From positions 16,244,001-16,308,000 of the forward strand of contig NC_135822.1 of assembly GCF_964213995.1 (NCBI RefSeq): a stretch of 64,000 nt of DNA, in the 5' to 3' direction. A program made the position numbers and the translations under genes. Below are positions 34,255 to 48,877 of the stretch, piece after piece (position 1 is the first letter of the stretch; every line of letters begins with the position of its first letter). The DNA is from Mustelus asterias. Its lineage: Eukaryota. A model generated the notes under the pieces. That model saw nothing but the letters and a program-made list of their open reading frames with translations, was not told the DNA's origin and did no database searches.

Positions 34255-37200
34255 ACAGCATAAGAAAATAGGACTTAGGAGCAGGCGTCATTCAGCCCTT
34301 CAAGTCTACTCTGCCATTTAATAAGATCATGGTTGATCTGGTTGCAGTCTCAACCCCATTTTCCTGATTACCTCGTCTTAAAGGGAGACCTCATTCACAA
34401 ACTGAGTCATCTGGTTCCTGGATATTAATTTTTTTGTGATTCATGTACCAAGATGCTCAGATCCCTCTGCTTGACTGAATTCTGCAATTGTTCTGCATTT
34501 CAATAGTATTCTACTTTTCTATACGCCCTGAAGGGGACAAATTTACATTTCTCCCACATTATACTCCATGTCAATTTTGTGCCCACTCATTTAACCTGTC
34601 CAAATCCTTGTAGACTCCCTACCGCCTCTTGACAGCTTACTTTCCTACCTTGGTGTGATAATCATATTTAGCTACCATACATTTGGTCCTTTAATCCAAA
34701 AATCACTGGTAAGATTGTAAATAGTTAAGGCCCCAGCATGGATTCCTGTGGTACTTGTTACAACTTACCGACCTGAAAAAACCCCATTTATCCCCAACTC
34801 TGTTTCCTGCCAGCTAAAATCTGAGGAATTGATAATTCCATTAATTGATTCCATTATAAATTCCCCAGATTTTATCATAGATAAATCCTTTATCCATGTA
34901 ATGTGCTACCCTTGCACCATATGCTCTTATTTTGGAGTAAACTTTGATCTGGCACCTTTCAAATGCCCTTTGGAAATCAGAACAACACATCTACAGATTC
35001 CCCTTTAACCACTCTGCTCGTTATTTCCTTGAAATCTAAAATAAATTAAACAAGATTTCCCTTTCATAAAGTCATGTTAACTCTACCTGATCACAATGTG
35101 ATTTTCTAAGTATCCTGGTATAACCTGGAACAGTGGAGGACTTTCAAAGCGATCTTTCACAGTGCTCAGCAAAAGTATATACCAGTGATAAGGAAGGACT
35201 GTAGAAAAAGAGATCAGCCATGGATATCTAAGGAAATAAAGGAGGGTATCAAATTGAAAGAAAATGCATACAAAGTGGCAAAGATTAGTGGGAACCTAGA
35301 GGATTGGGAAATCTTTAAAGGTCAGCAGAAAGCCACGAAAAAAGCTATAAAGAAAGGCAAGTTGGATTATGAGAGTAAACTAGCTTAGAATATAAAAACA
35401 GATAGCAAAAAGTTTCTACAAATATATAAAACGAAAAAAAGAGTGGCGAAAGTAAACATTGGTCCTTTAGAGGACGAGAAGGGGGATGTAATAACTGGAA
35501 ATGAGAAAATGGCTGAGGCATTGAACAGGTATTGTGTGTCGGTCTTCATAGTGGAAGACACAAATAACATGCCAAAAATTGATGACAGGAAGGCTATGGC
35601 AGGTAAGAACCGAGAAACTATCATGAAAGAGGTAGTGTTGGGCAAGTTAATGGGGCTAAAGGTAGACAAGTCTCCTGGCCCTGATGGAATGCATCCCAGG
35701 GTACTAAAAGAGATGGCAGGAGAAATAGCAAATGCACTAGTGGTAATTTACCAAAATTCGCTGGACTCTGGGGTGGTTCTCACAGATTGGGAAACAGCAA
35801 ATGTGATGCCACTGTTTAAAAGAAGGAGGTAGACAAAAGGCAGGTAACTATAGGCCGGTTAGCTTAACTTCTGTAGTAGGGAAAATGCTTGAATCTATCA
35901 AGGAAGAAATAGCGAGACATTTGGAAATAAATTGTCCCATTGGTAAGACGCAGCATTGGTTCATGAAGGGCAGGTCATGTCTGACTAATTTGGTGGGCTT
36001 CTTTGAGAACATTACATGTGCAGTGGACAATGGGGAGCCTGTGGATGTGGTGTACCTGGATTTCCAGAAGGCATTTGACAAGGTGCCACACCAAAGGCTG
36101 CTGCATAAGATAAAGATGCACAGTGTTACGGGTAATGTAATGGATAGATGATTGGTTAACTGAGAGAAAACAGAGTGGGGGTAAATGGGTGTTTTCCTGG
36201 TTGGCGATCAGTGACTAGTGGTGTGCCTCAGGGATCAGTGTTGGGACCGCAATTGTTTACGATTTACATAGATGATTTGGAGTTGGGGACCAAATGTAGT
36301 GGTCAAAATTCGCAGATGATACTAAGATGGGTGGAAGAGCAAAGTGTGCAGAGGACGCTGAAAGTCTGCAAAGGGATATAGATAGTCTACCGGGAGTGGG
36401 CGAGGGTCTGGCAGATGGAGTACATTGTTAGCAAATGTGGGGTCATCCATTTTGGTAGGAATAACAGCAAAATGGACTATTATTTAAATGGTAAAAAATT
36501 GCAGCATGCTGCTGTGCAGAGGGACCTGGGTGTCCTTGGGCAGGAATCTCAAGGAGTTGGTTTGCAGGTAATTAAGGCGGCAAATGGAATTTTGTCCTTC
36601 ATTGCTAGAGGGATGGAGTTCAAGAACAGCAAGGTTATGTTGCAGCTGTATAAGGTGCTGATGAGGCCATACCTGGAGTACTGTGTACAGTTTTGGTCTC
36701 CTTACTTGAGAAAGGATATACTGGCACTGGAGAGGGTGCAGAGAAGATTCACTAGGTTGATTCCAGAGTTGAGGGTTGGCTTACGAGGAGACGCAGAGTA
36801 GACTGGGGCTATACTCATTGGAATTCAGAAGAATGAGGTGAGATCTTATAGAAACATAAGATTATGAAGGGAATAGATAAGATAGAAGCAGGGGAGGTGT
36901 TTCCACTGGCGGGTGAAACTAGAACTGGGGGCATAGCCTCAAAATAAGGGGAAGCAGATTTAGGACTGAGTTGAGGAGAACTTCTTCACACAAAGGGTTG
37001 TGAATCTGTGGAATTCCCTGCCCAGTGAAGCAGTTGAGGCTACCTCATTGAATGTTAAGGCAAGGATAGATAAATTTTTGAACAGTAAAGGAATTAAGGG
37101 TTATGGTGAGCGGGCGGGCCAGTGGAGCTGAGTCCACGAAAAGATCAGCCATGATATTATTGAATGGCGGAACAGGCTCGAGGGGCCAGATGGCCTACTC

Positions 37201-37850
37201 CTAGTTCTTATGTTCCCTCCAACAGATGGTAGGCCAACTGGCTTGTAGTTCCCTTCGTTCATGAATAAAGGGGCATTAATTTTCCAATCCACTGGAATTT
37301 TGGAAGATTACAACCAATGGCTTTACTATCTTTGCAAACACTTCTTTTAAGATACTAGTGCAGACCATCTGGTCCTGGGGAGTGGCCAGCTTTGGTTTTA
37401 ATAGTTTTCCCAGCACCTTTTTCCTTGGGGATGCTTCCTTCCCTTTCACCTCAGGGTTTTCAAATATCTTGGGGAGATTTTCTAATTCTTCTACGATGAA
37501 GACAGTCAAAATACCTGTTCAATGCCACCATTTTCTGGATTTCCCTCATCAATTCCCCAGATTTTAGAGGACCCACACTAGCTTTAGCAAGTCTTTTCCC
37601 ATTTTAGTCTCGTTTCACTGTTCACTTCAGTTAGCTTTATGATCACTGTCACCTAGAGGCTTCTTTAGCACGAGGTTATTGATTACCAGGCATAGAATAT
37701 CATGCTCCCTGGTTGGCTCCAGAACATAATGCTCCAAGTTGTTCCAAATGCACTGAACTAATTTGCCAATCAGACACATCCAATTTGGAGTAGCCTGCGA
37801 TTATTGTGGCACCTATCTCACGTGTCTCATTTATTTTTCCTAATATACTC
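34255..37850 (-). mobile_element. Old minus-strand CR1 (pieces ~34255-35125 and ~37216-37850) interrupted by younger CR1s
   Basis: Reverse-complement CR1 3' tail at 34255 and degenerate ORF2 residues (KKVLGKLLK...IVKPLVVIFQNS). Confidence 0.6.
35130..37215 (+). mobile_element. 5'-truncated, frameshifted CR1 LINE in VAMP3 intron 2
   Basis: ORF fragments with [44 protein letters not shown]; tail ttcttatgttc. Confidence 0.92.
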
Positions 37851-37861
37851 CATCCTAGAGT

Positions 37862-39640
37862 CAAGAACAGAAGGTTGGTTAGGGCAAGTTTAGGGCCAGT
37901 TATAGATGGCAGAGGGAAGTTATGTGTGGAACCGGAGGAGATTGGTGAAGCATTGAACCAATATTTCTCTTCGGTGTTCACGCAAGGGGACATGAATATA
38001 GCTGAGGAGGACACTGGGTTGCAAGGGAGTAGAATAGACAGTATTACAGTTGATAAGGAGGATGTGCAGGATATTCTGGAGGGTCTGAAAATAGATAAAT
38101 CCCCTGGTCCGGATGGGATTTATCCAAGGATTCTCTGGGAGGCAAGAGAAGTGATTGCAGAGCCTCTGGCTCTGATCTTCAGGTCGTCGTTGGCCTCTGG
38201 TATAGTACCAGAAGATTGGAGGTTAGCGAATGTTGTCCCATTGTTTAAGAAGGGGAACAGAGACTTCCCCGGGAATTATAGACCGGTGAGTCTCACTTCT
38301 GTTGTCGGCAAGATGTTGGAAAAAATTATAAGGGATAGGATTTATAGTTATTTGGAGAGTAATGAATTGATAGGTGATAGTCAGCATGGTTTTGTGGCAG
38401 GTAGGTCGTGCCTTACTAACCTTATTGAGTTTTTTGAGAAAGTGACCAAGGAGGTGGATGGGGGCAAGGCAGTGGACGTGGTATATATGGATTTTAGTAA
38501 GGCGTTTGATAAGGTTCACCATGGTAGGCTTCTGCAGAAAATGCAGATGTATGGGATTGGGGGTGATCTAGGAAATTGGATCAGGAATTGGCTAGCGGAT
38601 AGGAAACAGAGGGTGGTGGTTGATAGTAAATATTCATCATGGAGTGCGGTTACAAGTGGTGTACCTCAGGGATCTGTTTTGGGGCCACTGCTGTTTGTAA
38701 TATTTATTAATGATCTGGATGAGGGTATAGTTGGGTGGATTAGCAAATTTGCTGATGACACCAAAGTCGGTGGTGTGGTAGACAGTGAGGAAGGGTGTCG
38801 TAGTCTGCAGGAAGACTTAGACAGGTTGCAAAGTTGGGCCGAGAGGTGGCGGATGGAGTTTAATGCGGAGAAGTGTGAGGTAATTCACTTTGGTAGGAAT
38901 AACAGATGTGTTGAGTATAGGGCTAACGGGAGGACTTTGAATAGTGTGGAGGAGCAGAGGGATCTAGGTGTATGTGTGCATAGATCCCTGAAAGTTGGGA
39001 ATCAAGTAGATAAGGTTAAGAAGGCATATGGTGTCTTGGCGTTTATTGGTAGGGGGATTGAATTTAGGAGTCGTAGCGTTATGTTGCAACTGTACACAAC
39101 TCTGGTGCGGCCGCACTTGGAGTACTGTGTGCAGTTCTGGTCCCCACATTACAGGAAGGATGTGGAGGCTTTGGAGAGGGTGCAGAGGAGGTTTACCAGG
39201 ATGTTGCCTGGTATGGAGGGGAGATCCTATGAGAGGCTGAGGGATTTGGGATTGTTTTCGCTGGAAAGGCGGCGGCTAAGAGGGGATCTTATTGAAACAT
39301 ATAAGATGATTAGAGGTTTAGATAGGGTGGATAGTGATAGCCTTTTTCCTCTGATGGAGAAATCCAGCACGAGGGGGCATGGCTTTAAATTGAGGGGGGG
39401 TAGTTATAGAACCGATGTCAGGGGTAGGTTCTTTACCCAGAGGGTGGTGAGGGATTGGAATGCCCTGCCAGCATCAGTAGTAAATGCGCCTAGTTTGGGG
39501 GCGTTTAAGAGATCCGTAGATAGGTTCATGGACGAAAAGAAATTGGTTTAGGTTGGAGGGTCACAGTTTTTTTTTAACTGGTCGGTGCAACATCGTGGGC
39601 CGAAGGGCCTGTTCTGCGCTGTAATGTTCTATGTTCTATG
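37862..39640 (+). mobile_element. Young 5'-truncated CR1 LINE with uninterrupted RT ORF
   Basis: ORF 37806-39551 is open with all RT motifs; TSD TAGAGT (37856-37861 and 39641-39646); (TTCTATG)n tail. Confidence 0.95.
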
Positions 39641-40439
39641 TAGAGTGTAACTACCATTAGGGGGCCTATAAGCTACTTGCACAAGTGACCCATTTCTGCA
39701 GATGCAGGTTTTGATGAAGAGTCAACACGCTCAATTGACACTGCCAGAATTAGAGAATTTTCTCATCTTTCAAATCTCCAGCATCTACCAGCTTGTGTCA
39801 TGGTAATGATCGCGCTGTTAACATCTACAGCTTTTCTGGACACCTTTTGTTTCTTTACATAGGTCTCATTGTCATTACCAGCCCTTAGCTAATCATATTT
39901 TACATTTCCCTCCCCTCCCTCGGTGGTTGTTTATTAAATTGTTATATCTTCAACTTCTTCCAGGTCTGATAAGAGGTTGGTAACATGAAACGCTACTTCT
40001 GTTTTCACTCCCAGGTGCAGGCCTGGTCTGTTGAATATTTCAAATTTCCAGCTGCTGCACATTTCCCTTTTGTAACAGCCCTGTGCATTTGCCGTCAGTA
40101 AGACTGTGAGCGTCTCCAAGATTCTATTCCTTTACCTTGTCCAAATTGCCTGCATAATCCCCTTTTACAAAAAGGAGCCAGGAATATTTGGCATCAACTG
40201 CTCAGAACCACATACATACACACACAAACATAACAACAGCAATCCTGAACATGAACTGTTTCTCTTCCCACAGATCTTGCAGGAGTTATTACCAACATTT
40301 TAGCGTGCTTGTGACTGTGTACATTGTATGTGCTATGTAGAAACAGCTAGATAGTGGACATTGCACGTACGCACTATTATATAGAAACACATCGAACTGA
40401 ATCACCACTCAGGTAGTCTGTCAAACTCTTGCTTCTTAC

Positions 40440-40533
40440 CTCATCCACTTGGGCCTGGGTCTGCTGCAGTTTCCTGTTGCTGCCATAGGGTGCTGGTCCA
40501 ACCGGTGGATTACTCGAGGGGCCTGGGGCAGAC
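40440..40533 (-). CDS. VAMP3: VAMP3 exon 2 (94 bp): (M)SAPGPSSNPPVGPAPYGSNRKLQQTQAQVDE
   Basis: Acceptor ctctttcag|G and donor GAG|gtaag. Translation matches the synaptobrevin N-terminus and SNARE start SNR(R/K)LQQTQAQVDE. Confidence 0.95.
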
Positions 40534-42749
40534 CTGAAAGAGAGGACAGATTATGCCCATGGAACCGCTCTAGAAAATCTTAACATGTGGGAAAATGTGG
40601 CTTGAAGTGAATGATTGTGTTGGTTTGAGGTTAAAGTTGATTTGTGAGGACACCAGGTGTATCCATCCATCAAGGATGCAACATGGTCCAAGTTGGAATA
40701 TATTTACAGTCTACAACAAGTGTCAGCTACTCAAAAGAAAAACAGCAATAAGAATGTGGAAGTAGAATTCATGCAAGTGCAAATATTTCCACAGGGGTCA
40801 CACTGAAAAAAAAGAGTCACAACACCAATATGGAGTTATACAAGCCAAATGTCCCACATCTCCCAGAGTAAGCAGTGCACTGTACAATTCCTGGCTGGTT
40901 CAAAGCCAGCAGTTTGTATGTGATCCAATTTACTTCAACATCCTTGCCAAGGGAGGTGATAGCTAACTACAGATTGCCAACTGCTGCGGTTCACAAGCAC
41001 GAAGAGTGAGGCACAACAATGATGTTCTACACAGCTGAATAGTTGCACACCAGGTGATTAAGAATGGATATTTGGAAAAATGTTGGACAAAAATGAGGGC
41101 CAACCCCCAAACTATGGGGCTGAACAGCATCAAACTTGGTCTAGAAACCTCTGACACTAGCCTGTGTTTTAAACAACATTCCAGGTCAATTGCAGAAGTA
41201 CAAAGTCTGTAAAACACTCCAGAGCCCAAAAAGATAATGAGGCAAACTTGGGAGTGAAAATTCCATCCCAACTCCAGGACTTGGTAAAGTGTGGAGGCGC
41301 AATGCGATCTTCTGCCACCAGAGGGAGTTCTGATCTATATAATCGTAGGGGCAACATTTCCCTATATTCCAATTAGAAATATACACTGGCATGGTGACAA
41401 TTAGATTCCAGGTTTCAGTTAAAACATCCTCTTCTATTCTTGCACCACAGCCCACCACACCCAGCTATTGTTATACTAAAGCCAACAGCACAGAAAAATC
41501 AACTGACCGAGATCACAGATCCCACCCTAGCCTCTAGATCAAGCACACAACTCTGGATTTCTCTCCAGACCCTGACTGGGGCAGGAGATCAGAGAGGGAG
41601 CATATAGGACTGAAAGGTGCACAACTCTGCCAGGTAACTAATCCCCGGCACTTTGAACAAACAGTACCCTCGGTACAAATGGAGAGAATAAAAGAATGGC
41701 GTGATGAGGATCCCTCAAGACTTCTCCATCAATGGTGGTCTCACTCAGATGGGAAACCTGGAACCCTAACAGCACTATTAGTGAATCTACACCACACGGA
41801 TGCAACAATTCGCCATCATCTTCAAGGGCAATTAAATGCTGGCCTAGCCGTCAACCCTCAATCCCATGAAAGAATTTCCAAAAAAAAGCGAAAGTCTCCG
41901 GAACAGTGGTTAAAACAACCCTCTGACTCAGTACTAGCCATTGAGTTACAGTAGACACTATCCATTGAACTGAAAGAGTTACTCATTCAAACTCCACTGC
42001 GTATACCTGAAAATATAAAAAAAAGAGAAATGCTGGAAAAACTCAGCAAGTCTGGCAGCACCTGTGCAGATAGAAATAGTTAATGTTGAGTCTGTATGAC
42101 CGAGTGTGAACCAGTCATTAACCCGGAGGAAGTACTCAGCGAGTGGCTCAACGGTCCGATAGCAGAACAAGGGTCAGTGCTCTCCAAAAGCAAAATTAGG
42201 ATTCCCCTTTTCTTTTTGTGGGGTGCTTTGGAAAATAAATTGGAGGACTGAGTTCATGGTGTAAAGTTTTTAAACTGCCAGAAGTTACTGAAAGTATCTA
42301 CTACACAACATAAGGATGTGAATGGAGATTTGTTGGGTCAATGCTTAATGAGCGTAAACTCACTTAAAAGTACTCTGTGGTGACTTGCAGTTTACTCTAT
42401 TTCTACTACACGGTTCTATGGGATTGCTGGTCACCAAGCCTACCATGCATCATCAAGCGTGTTTTGGTATTGAAGATGAGCTATTTTTAAGATGCCTTAA
42501 AGATAGCTGCCAAAAGATCACCTGATCTTTCACAACTTCAAAGCAGTCAAAGGCTCCAAGTGGGTTACAAGGACATAGTGAAAATTCAATGTGCATTTTC
42601 CATGAAGATAACCAGAAACTGCTTGATAGTACTATTCAAACCTCCAGGGAAGCCACTTTCTCCATCTTCCCAAGACCTGGGAGAAGCGAAGCATTCAAGT
42701 TAATGGCCAAGACATTTAAAAGGTTAATTACCTTGGCTAGATAGGGCTA

Positions 42750-43720
42750 TGTCCCGTCCCCCATTCCTTCCCCCCCCCCCCCAGACCCGAGCTAACCCAA
42801 CAGCTAACTCAACAGTTCGGGACAGCAGGAAGTGTGTTTTTGTAATGTATAAAGGAGGCTGTAAGAAGCCATTTGTGTGGCAGTACACAACTTGCAGCTG
42901 AAAGAGCCATAAGACACATCCAAGAGCTGGGGCTCCCAGCCATTGGAAGTTACAGATCAAAGGCATCCAGAAAAATTAGCTGAGGAGAAAGTAGGCAATA
43001 GTGTTGGTACCTGCAGTCTAAAGGAAAGGAGCCCTTACTCTCTCTGCTCTATCAATCGAGTCCACTGAGAGGAAAACTCAGACTCAACTTCAGCCATCAC
43101 AGCTGCTAAATCAAACCTTAAAGTTTCAACCCCTTCACTTCGGAAAGCAGGAATTCAAGCAATGGGCTGGCAACAAAACGCTCTTTTCTAATCCTTTAAC
43201 ATGTTTAAGTGAAAGCAATATTACTAACAGAAGTAACTTTCAGCAGTAGTTGTGAGATCAACTAACTTTTATCTGATTGAATAAAATTTGATTACTGGGC
43301 TATTTTTAAATGGAATCATGCACTAATGAGCACTTGGTGGCATAGTGGTTAGCACTGCTGCCTCAGTGCCAGGGACCTAGGTTTGATTCCAGCCTTGGGT
43401 GACTGTCTATGTGGAGTTCGCACATTCTCCCCATGTCTGTGTGGGTTTCCTCCCACAGTCAAAAGATGTGCAAGTCAAGTGGATTGCCCATGGTAAATTG
43501 CCCCTTGGTTCCCAAAAGTGTGTAGGTTAGGGGGATAAATATGTGGAATTACGGGGACAGGGCATGGGGTGGACCAGGGCGAGATGTTGGAGCCAGTGCA
43601 GATTCGATTGTCCAAATGGCCGCCTTCTGCATTGTAGGGATTCTAAAAAAGGGAGCTATATACACACAAATTCCTAGCTCATGGACCACTGAGGAAGTGC
43701 CTCATTAGGTGGTCAAGACA
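42750..43720 (+). mobile_element. Possible old solo LTR containing a SINE
   Basis: TGTC...GACA termini, TATA-like tataaagg and AATAAA; no clear TSD. Confidence 0.35.
43330..43645 (+). mobile_element. HE1-like SINE
   Basis: tRNA head gtggttagcactgctgcc and CR1-like tail. Confidence 0.85.
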
Positions 43721-45566
43721 ACATTTGTAAATTAGTGACTTCCCTTACTGAATTTACAGTTTTGGCCCATTAGGTTTACTGCATAGAATTCAAACTAGCA
43801 CAGCACCCAAACGCATCATGCTATTAATAGCATCACTTATTGCAAGGTCTGAACTCTTCATACAACACTCAAAAACAACTGGGAAATAGAACCACATCTC
43901 CTGTGTGTACTTCCTGCTGTGATCAGCTAATTACATACTGTCACTCAGGGCAGTGGGGGTAGGAAGGGAAGGGAAAAATTGCTGACTGAAGAAGTTAGTG
44001 GGAAAACAGCACAAGGTTATTTTTAATAAGAGCCAATCTTGTACAGAAAGGCTTCCATCACTTGCCCTTTAAGAATTGACCAATTACAAGTTGTCAATAA
44101 CCTTTTGTTTAAGCAGTGATTGCCAATGAGGTCACTAGGAGAAGGTTATGAAAGACTCACTGACGCATCCAGAGAAGAAAACTAAATCACTTGATAATAA
44201 TTATAACCTAGGGACAATGAAGTTCCTTATCTGCATTTGGCGATGACGCTTTTGGAGCCAGTCTCTCTCATCTCCTCTGCTCCCATTAGCATCTGCATGG
44301 CATAGGCCAGAGACCAGACCAAACAAAACAGATGTGAAATCTTTGTATCAGTTTACTGATAAACGTCCCCAATGTCCAGACTCCCAAGTGCACAGCCTGT
44401 GTAAAATATATTTAATTGGGTGTTTTGATAGCCACAGAAAATTTCCAATTCCCATTTTTATCATTTCATTAGTAAGACTTAGCATTTATCATCCATCCCC
44501 AATTACTCAAGGTATTGGTGAGTTGCCTTCTTGAACAGTTGCAATTTGAACCTCTGAAAGTGTCCCCAAGTGCCATTAGGTGAGGGAGAGCCAGGATTTT
44601 TGACCCAGTGGCACAGTAATGGCTGATATACACCCCAGTCAGATTGATGTGCGACTCAAGGAGCGATGTTGAATAGCAAAACATTGAGCTTAATTGCTCC
44701 AGTCAGCTTGCACATGTGTACTTGAGTCTCACCAATCAGGACATATTTATAATGTTAAACTGATGCAAAGAACTGACATTGCTTCAGGATGTCCCAGGAT
44801 TGTGAAAGGTCTTTTTCTTTATTGAATGCATCTTGCAAGTGCACGCCAAAGGCCATTTAGCTATTGAAATGTCAAATAGCAGATCCAAAAATCTCACCAC
44901 TGACCTCATCACAGGAGATCTCACAACACCCACACCCAATGTTTAGCATTCCAGCATCTGCAGCAATTTGTAAACCACTGCCAAAAGCAAAGCAAGTGTT
45001 GCTATAGCGTCTTTGGAACAAGACAGGGAGGGGTGCTTTACTCCTGAAAACCACACACTATTTGGAATTGTAGAATCTTGGGCAAATTTTAAAAAGCTTT
45101 GCAATCCACAGTAAATAAATACATGTTTGTTAGCCCAGTTTACATCAACAGTGCAAGACTGAAGGCTTCTTAAACATGAAGAGTCCCAAAGCAAAGTTTG
45201 CTATCCTGACATGCACTAAGTCCCATTCCCGAGAACGGAGGTGAGGAGAAATTTCTTCACCCAGAGGGTGGTGAATGTGTGGAATTCACTACCACAGGAA
45301 GTAGTTGAGGCTAAAACATTGTCTGGTTTCAAGAAGAAATTAGATACAGCTCTTGGGACTAAAGGGATATGGGAGGAAGGGAGGATCAGGATATTGAATA
45401 TGATCAGCCATATAAAAAATGATATATATATATAACTCCCTTTCCATGAAATTGGTGGAAGATTGAGTCCGCTCCAAAGCGCGGAGGAGATTTCTTCTCT
45501 ACCCCCACAATACCAATAAGTCTTCTTATTCAGTCTTCTAGAACTTTCAAATGGTCTGTCTTGTGG

Positions 45567-46431
45567 ACTTGCGGATAGCGATGAACATTGTCAGACAATA
45601 CAGCAGGATATAGATAGGCTGGAAAATTGGGTGGAGAAATGGCAGATGGAATTTAATCCAGATAAATGCGAAGTGATGCATTTTGGAAGAACTAATGTAG
45701 GGGGGAGTTATACAATAAATGGCAGAGCCATCAAAAGTATAGAAACACAGAGGGACCTAGGTGTGGAAATCCACAAATCCTTGAAGGTGGCAGCACGGGT
45801 GGAGGTGGTGGTGAAGGAGGCATATGGTATGCTTGCCTTTATAGGACGGGGTATAGATTATAAAAGCTGGAGTCTGATGTTGCAGCTGTATAGAACGCTG
45901 GTTAGGCCACATTTGGAGTACTGTGTCCAGTTCTGGTCACCGCACTACCAGAAGGACGTGGAAGCTTTAGAGAGAGTGCAGAGAAGGTTTACCAGGATGT
46001 TGCCTGGTATGGAGGATCTTAGCTATGAGAGATTGGGTAAACTGGGCTTGTTCTCCCTGGAAAGATGGAGAATGAGGGGAGACCTAATAGAGGTGTACAA
46101 AATTATGAAGGGTATAGATAGGGTGAACAGTGGGAAGCTTTTTCCCAGGTCGAAGGTGACGATCACGAGGGGTCACGGGCTCAAGGTGAGAGGGGCAAGG
46201 TATAACTAAGATATCAGAGGGACATTTTTTTAACGCAGAGGGTGGTGGGGCCCTGGAATGCGCTGCCAAGTAGGTGGTGGAGGCAGACACGCTGGCAATC
46301 GTTTAAGACTTACCTGGATGGTCACATGAGCAGTCTGGGAATGGAGGGATACAAACGAATGGTCTAGTTGGACCAATGAGCGGCACAGGCTTGGAGGGCC
46401 GAAGGGCCTGTTTTCTGTGCAGTACTGTTCT
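45567..46431 (+). mobile_element. CR1 LINE 3' fragment in VAMP3 intron 1
   Basis: ORF 45631-46209 (WQMEFNPDKC...HLEYCVQFWSP); TSD-like TTGTGG on both sides. Confidence 0.92.
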
Positions 46432-47389
46432 TTGTGGTGCAGAATAAAGCAGCTAGAAAAAAACTGCAGCCAGGAATTTCTGCAAACTGAAAACAAGTTT
46501 GCAGCATCCCTTTTTCTGTACAAGACTTAAGATTCCAGTGGCCCTTGTAACATAAAAAGGATGAAGCAGTGCCATAATAAACTTGATGGCTCATTTAGGA
46601 AGTAGGGAAACTCGAGCACAGATCTAGGCTGACGTTTCACAGCAGTAATGCAGCATTGTCACAGGTGTGGGTTTGCGGATGAAAAGTTAAATCGAGGTTC
46701 TGTCTGCCCCCTCGCACAATATTTCGAAAGCAAAGCAGGGGTGCTCTCCTTGGTGTCCTGGCCTATAATTTATTCCTCAACCAAAAGTTATCTGGGGGAC
46801 TTTGCTGCATTACCACATGGACCAAACTGACTTTGATTGGCTGCAAGCAACTTTATAAACAGTGCCTGTAACCATAGTAAAACTTCAAGGAATGTTTATA
46901 AAATTTGACAACCAAGCCACATAAGGAGTTACTACAGCAGGCAAAGAGCTTAGTTGCAGGGAGAATCTTAAGAGGAGGAAAGCAAACAAGGGCAGTATGG
47001 TTTAGGGAAGGAATTTTAGAGCTCAAGAGGAACGACGTGGCCAAAAATGCAGATATTACAGAAGGTTGCAAAAGCTGAACAATTAGCCTCAGCTGCCTTG
47101 CAGCAGAAGAGTGCAAAGATATGCTGGCCTAACAGTTACAATCTGAGCCCCTTCTTCCTGCATGAAGTTCCAAGGATTACACGTGGCTGGATAATTTGTC
47201 AAGACAGTGAGAAAAATGAGGCCCACTTGGACCATACCTCAATGCAAAGTGTGGCAAACAGACACCCTGTAGCCCATAATAGTTTGGACTGTACTGAGGC
47301 CAAGACATTGTGGAGGACAATGACACCAGCAGAACAATTAGCCAGGTGCACTTCAAGGCACTGCTAAAAAAAAAATCCAATCACTAATA

Positions 47390-47625
47390 GGTCTCAGTGC
47401 CAAGGACCCAGGTTCGATTCCAGCCTTGAGTGACTGTGGAGTTTGCACGTTCTCCTAGTGTCTGCTTTTCTTCCGGATGCTCTGATTTCTTCTAACAGTC
47501 CAAGATGTGCAGGTTAGGTGGATTGGCCATGGTAAATGGACCTGGGTAGGATGCTCTTTTGGAGAGTTGGTGCATACCCGATAGGCCGAGCAGCCTCCTG
47601 CACTGTAGGGATTCTGTGGTTCTAT
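47390..47625 (+). mobile_element. HE1-like SINE (degenerate)
   Basis: B box ggttcgattcc and SINE body/tail. Confidence 0.8.
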
Positions 47626-48877
47626 GGGTGCACATTCACATTAAAGTAACATTGGTAGCCTCAACATTCAGGAACTCCCGCAACCATTAAGAGCAAGTCC
47701 TGTATCTCCAAGTTTATTCATCTGGAGCCCACAATGCTGGATCCATGCTCGCAACTGCATTATGCAATGCAAGGCTACAAGTGAACCAATCTGGTCAGGG
47801 AAGAGTAATTTTCAAAGCTGCAAGTCATCCTCACAATAAAGATTATGAAGGATAATGCATTTAAAACCAGTTGCACGAGTGGTGTACTGAAATTACATGC
47901 AGTTCAAAGCGGTCAATGATATCCCAGCTCATGGAAAGTAAAGCAGATTCTTAGTGACTTACATTGCTGTCCATAAGTTTATGCACTCCTAGAAACTTTA
48001 CCCACGCATGTCTACTTTCCCCTTTCCAGGCTACATTAAATCCTTGCCTTTCACTTACTCAAGGGGCAAACTACCAAACCTTGTCTGTATGTACAAGTAA
48101 ATGGGTCCACACACACAGGGTTCAGTCAACCAGAGCTTTAGAAAAGATACATGCCAGTGAATGACTTGCATTTACTTAGCAGCTTCTACAAACGCCCCAA
48201 CAAACAGCAGACGAGCATTACACAAACTTTGACATAGCCACAGAACACAGTGACCCAAAGTTTTAGCAAAGTAATATGGAAGCTGAAGACATGACAATCA
48301 ATGGTGCAGCAATTAAAATTGAATCAGGAGGATCACAGATAGATATCAGAAGGTTATGGAGAATATGCAAGAGATAGGGAGGGATTTGAAATCATGAGAA
48401 GTTCCCCCACCCCCTCCCAAATCAAGGCAGTCAATAAGCCAGCTGAAACATCCGGCAAAAACAAACACTGCAGTGACAGAGGTCAGTGTGCAATCATTCT
48501 CCCAGAATCTGCATGTAATGCATACTTGGTCAATCTTAGCCAGAACAGCACAGGTACATGGATTTTGAGATACACAGCAAATAGCAAAGTCCCATGAAAT
48601 GCAGACAGTTAAGACTCAAAACATGATTGCACCTCCCTCTCATTAAAAGTCTGCACATAAACCACAGCCACTTGTTAGTGAGTGCAAATGGCACCTGTGG
48701 AGAGATGCCCAAGTGGCAATTTCTGAACTCGGAGGGAAATAACTAAATGTGGTTCCACCAGCATTTGAAGTTGCAAACAACAGGTTAATGCTTCAGTGAT
48801 AGCTCAGTTTGTCAATTTGGATTTTATCCTTTTAAATAGGATGTATCTGCAAAAGGAACGATGTTCATGAACACTAG

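Noticed and set aside
37806-39551. 581-aa ORF as a host gene or domesticated RT
   Set aside because: It is a 5'-truncated CR1 ORF2 with TSD and tail, lacks the endonuclease, and its start lies in flanking DNA.
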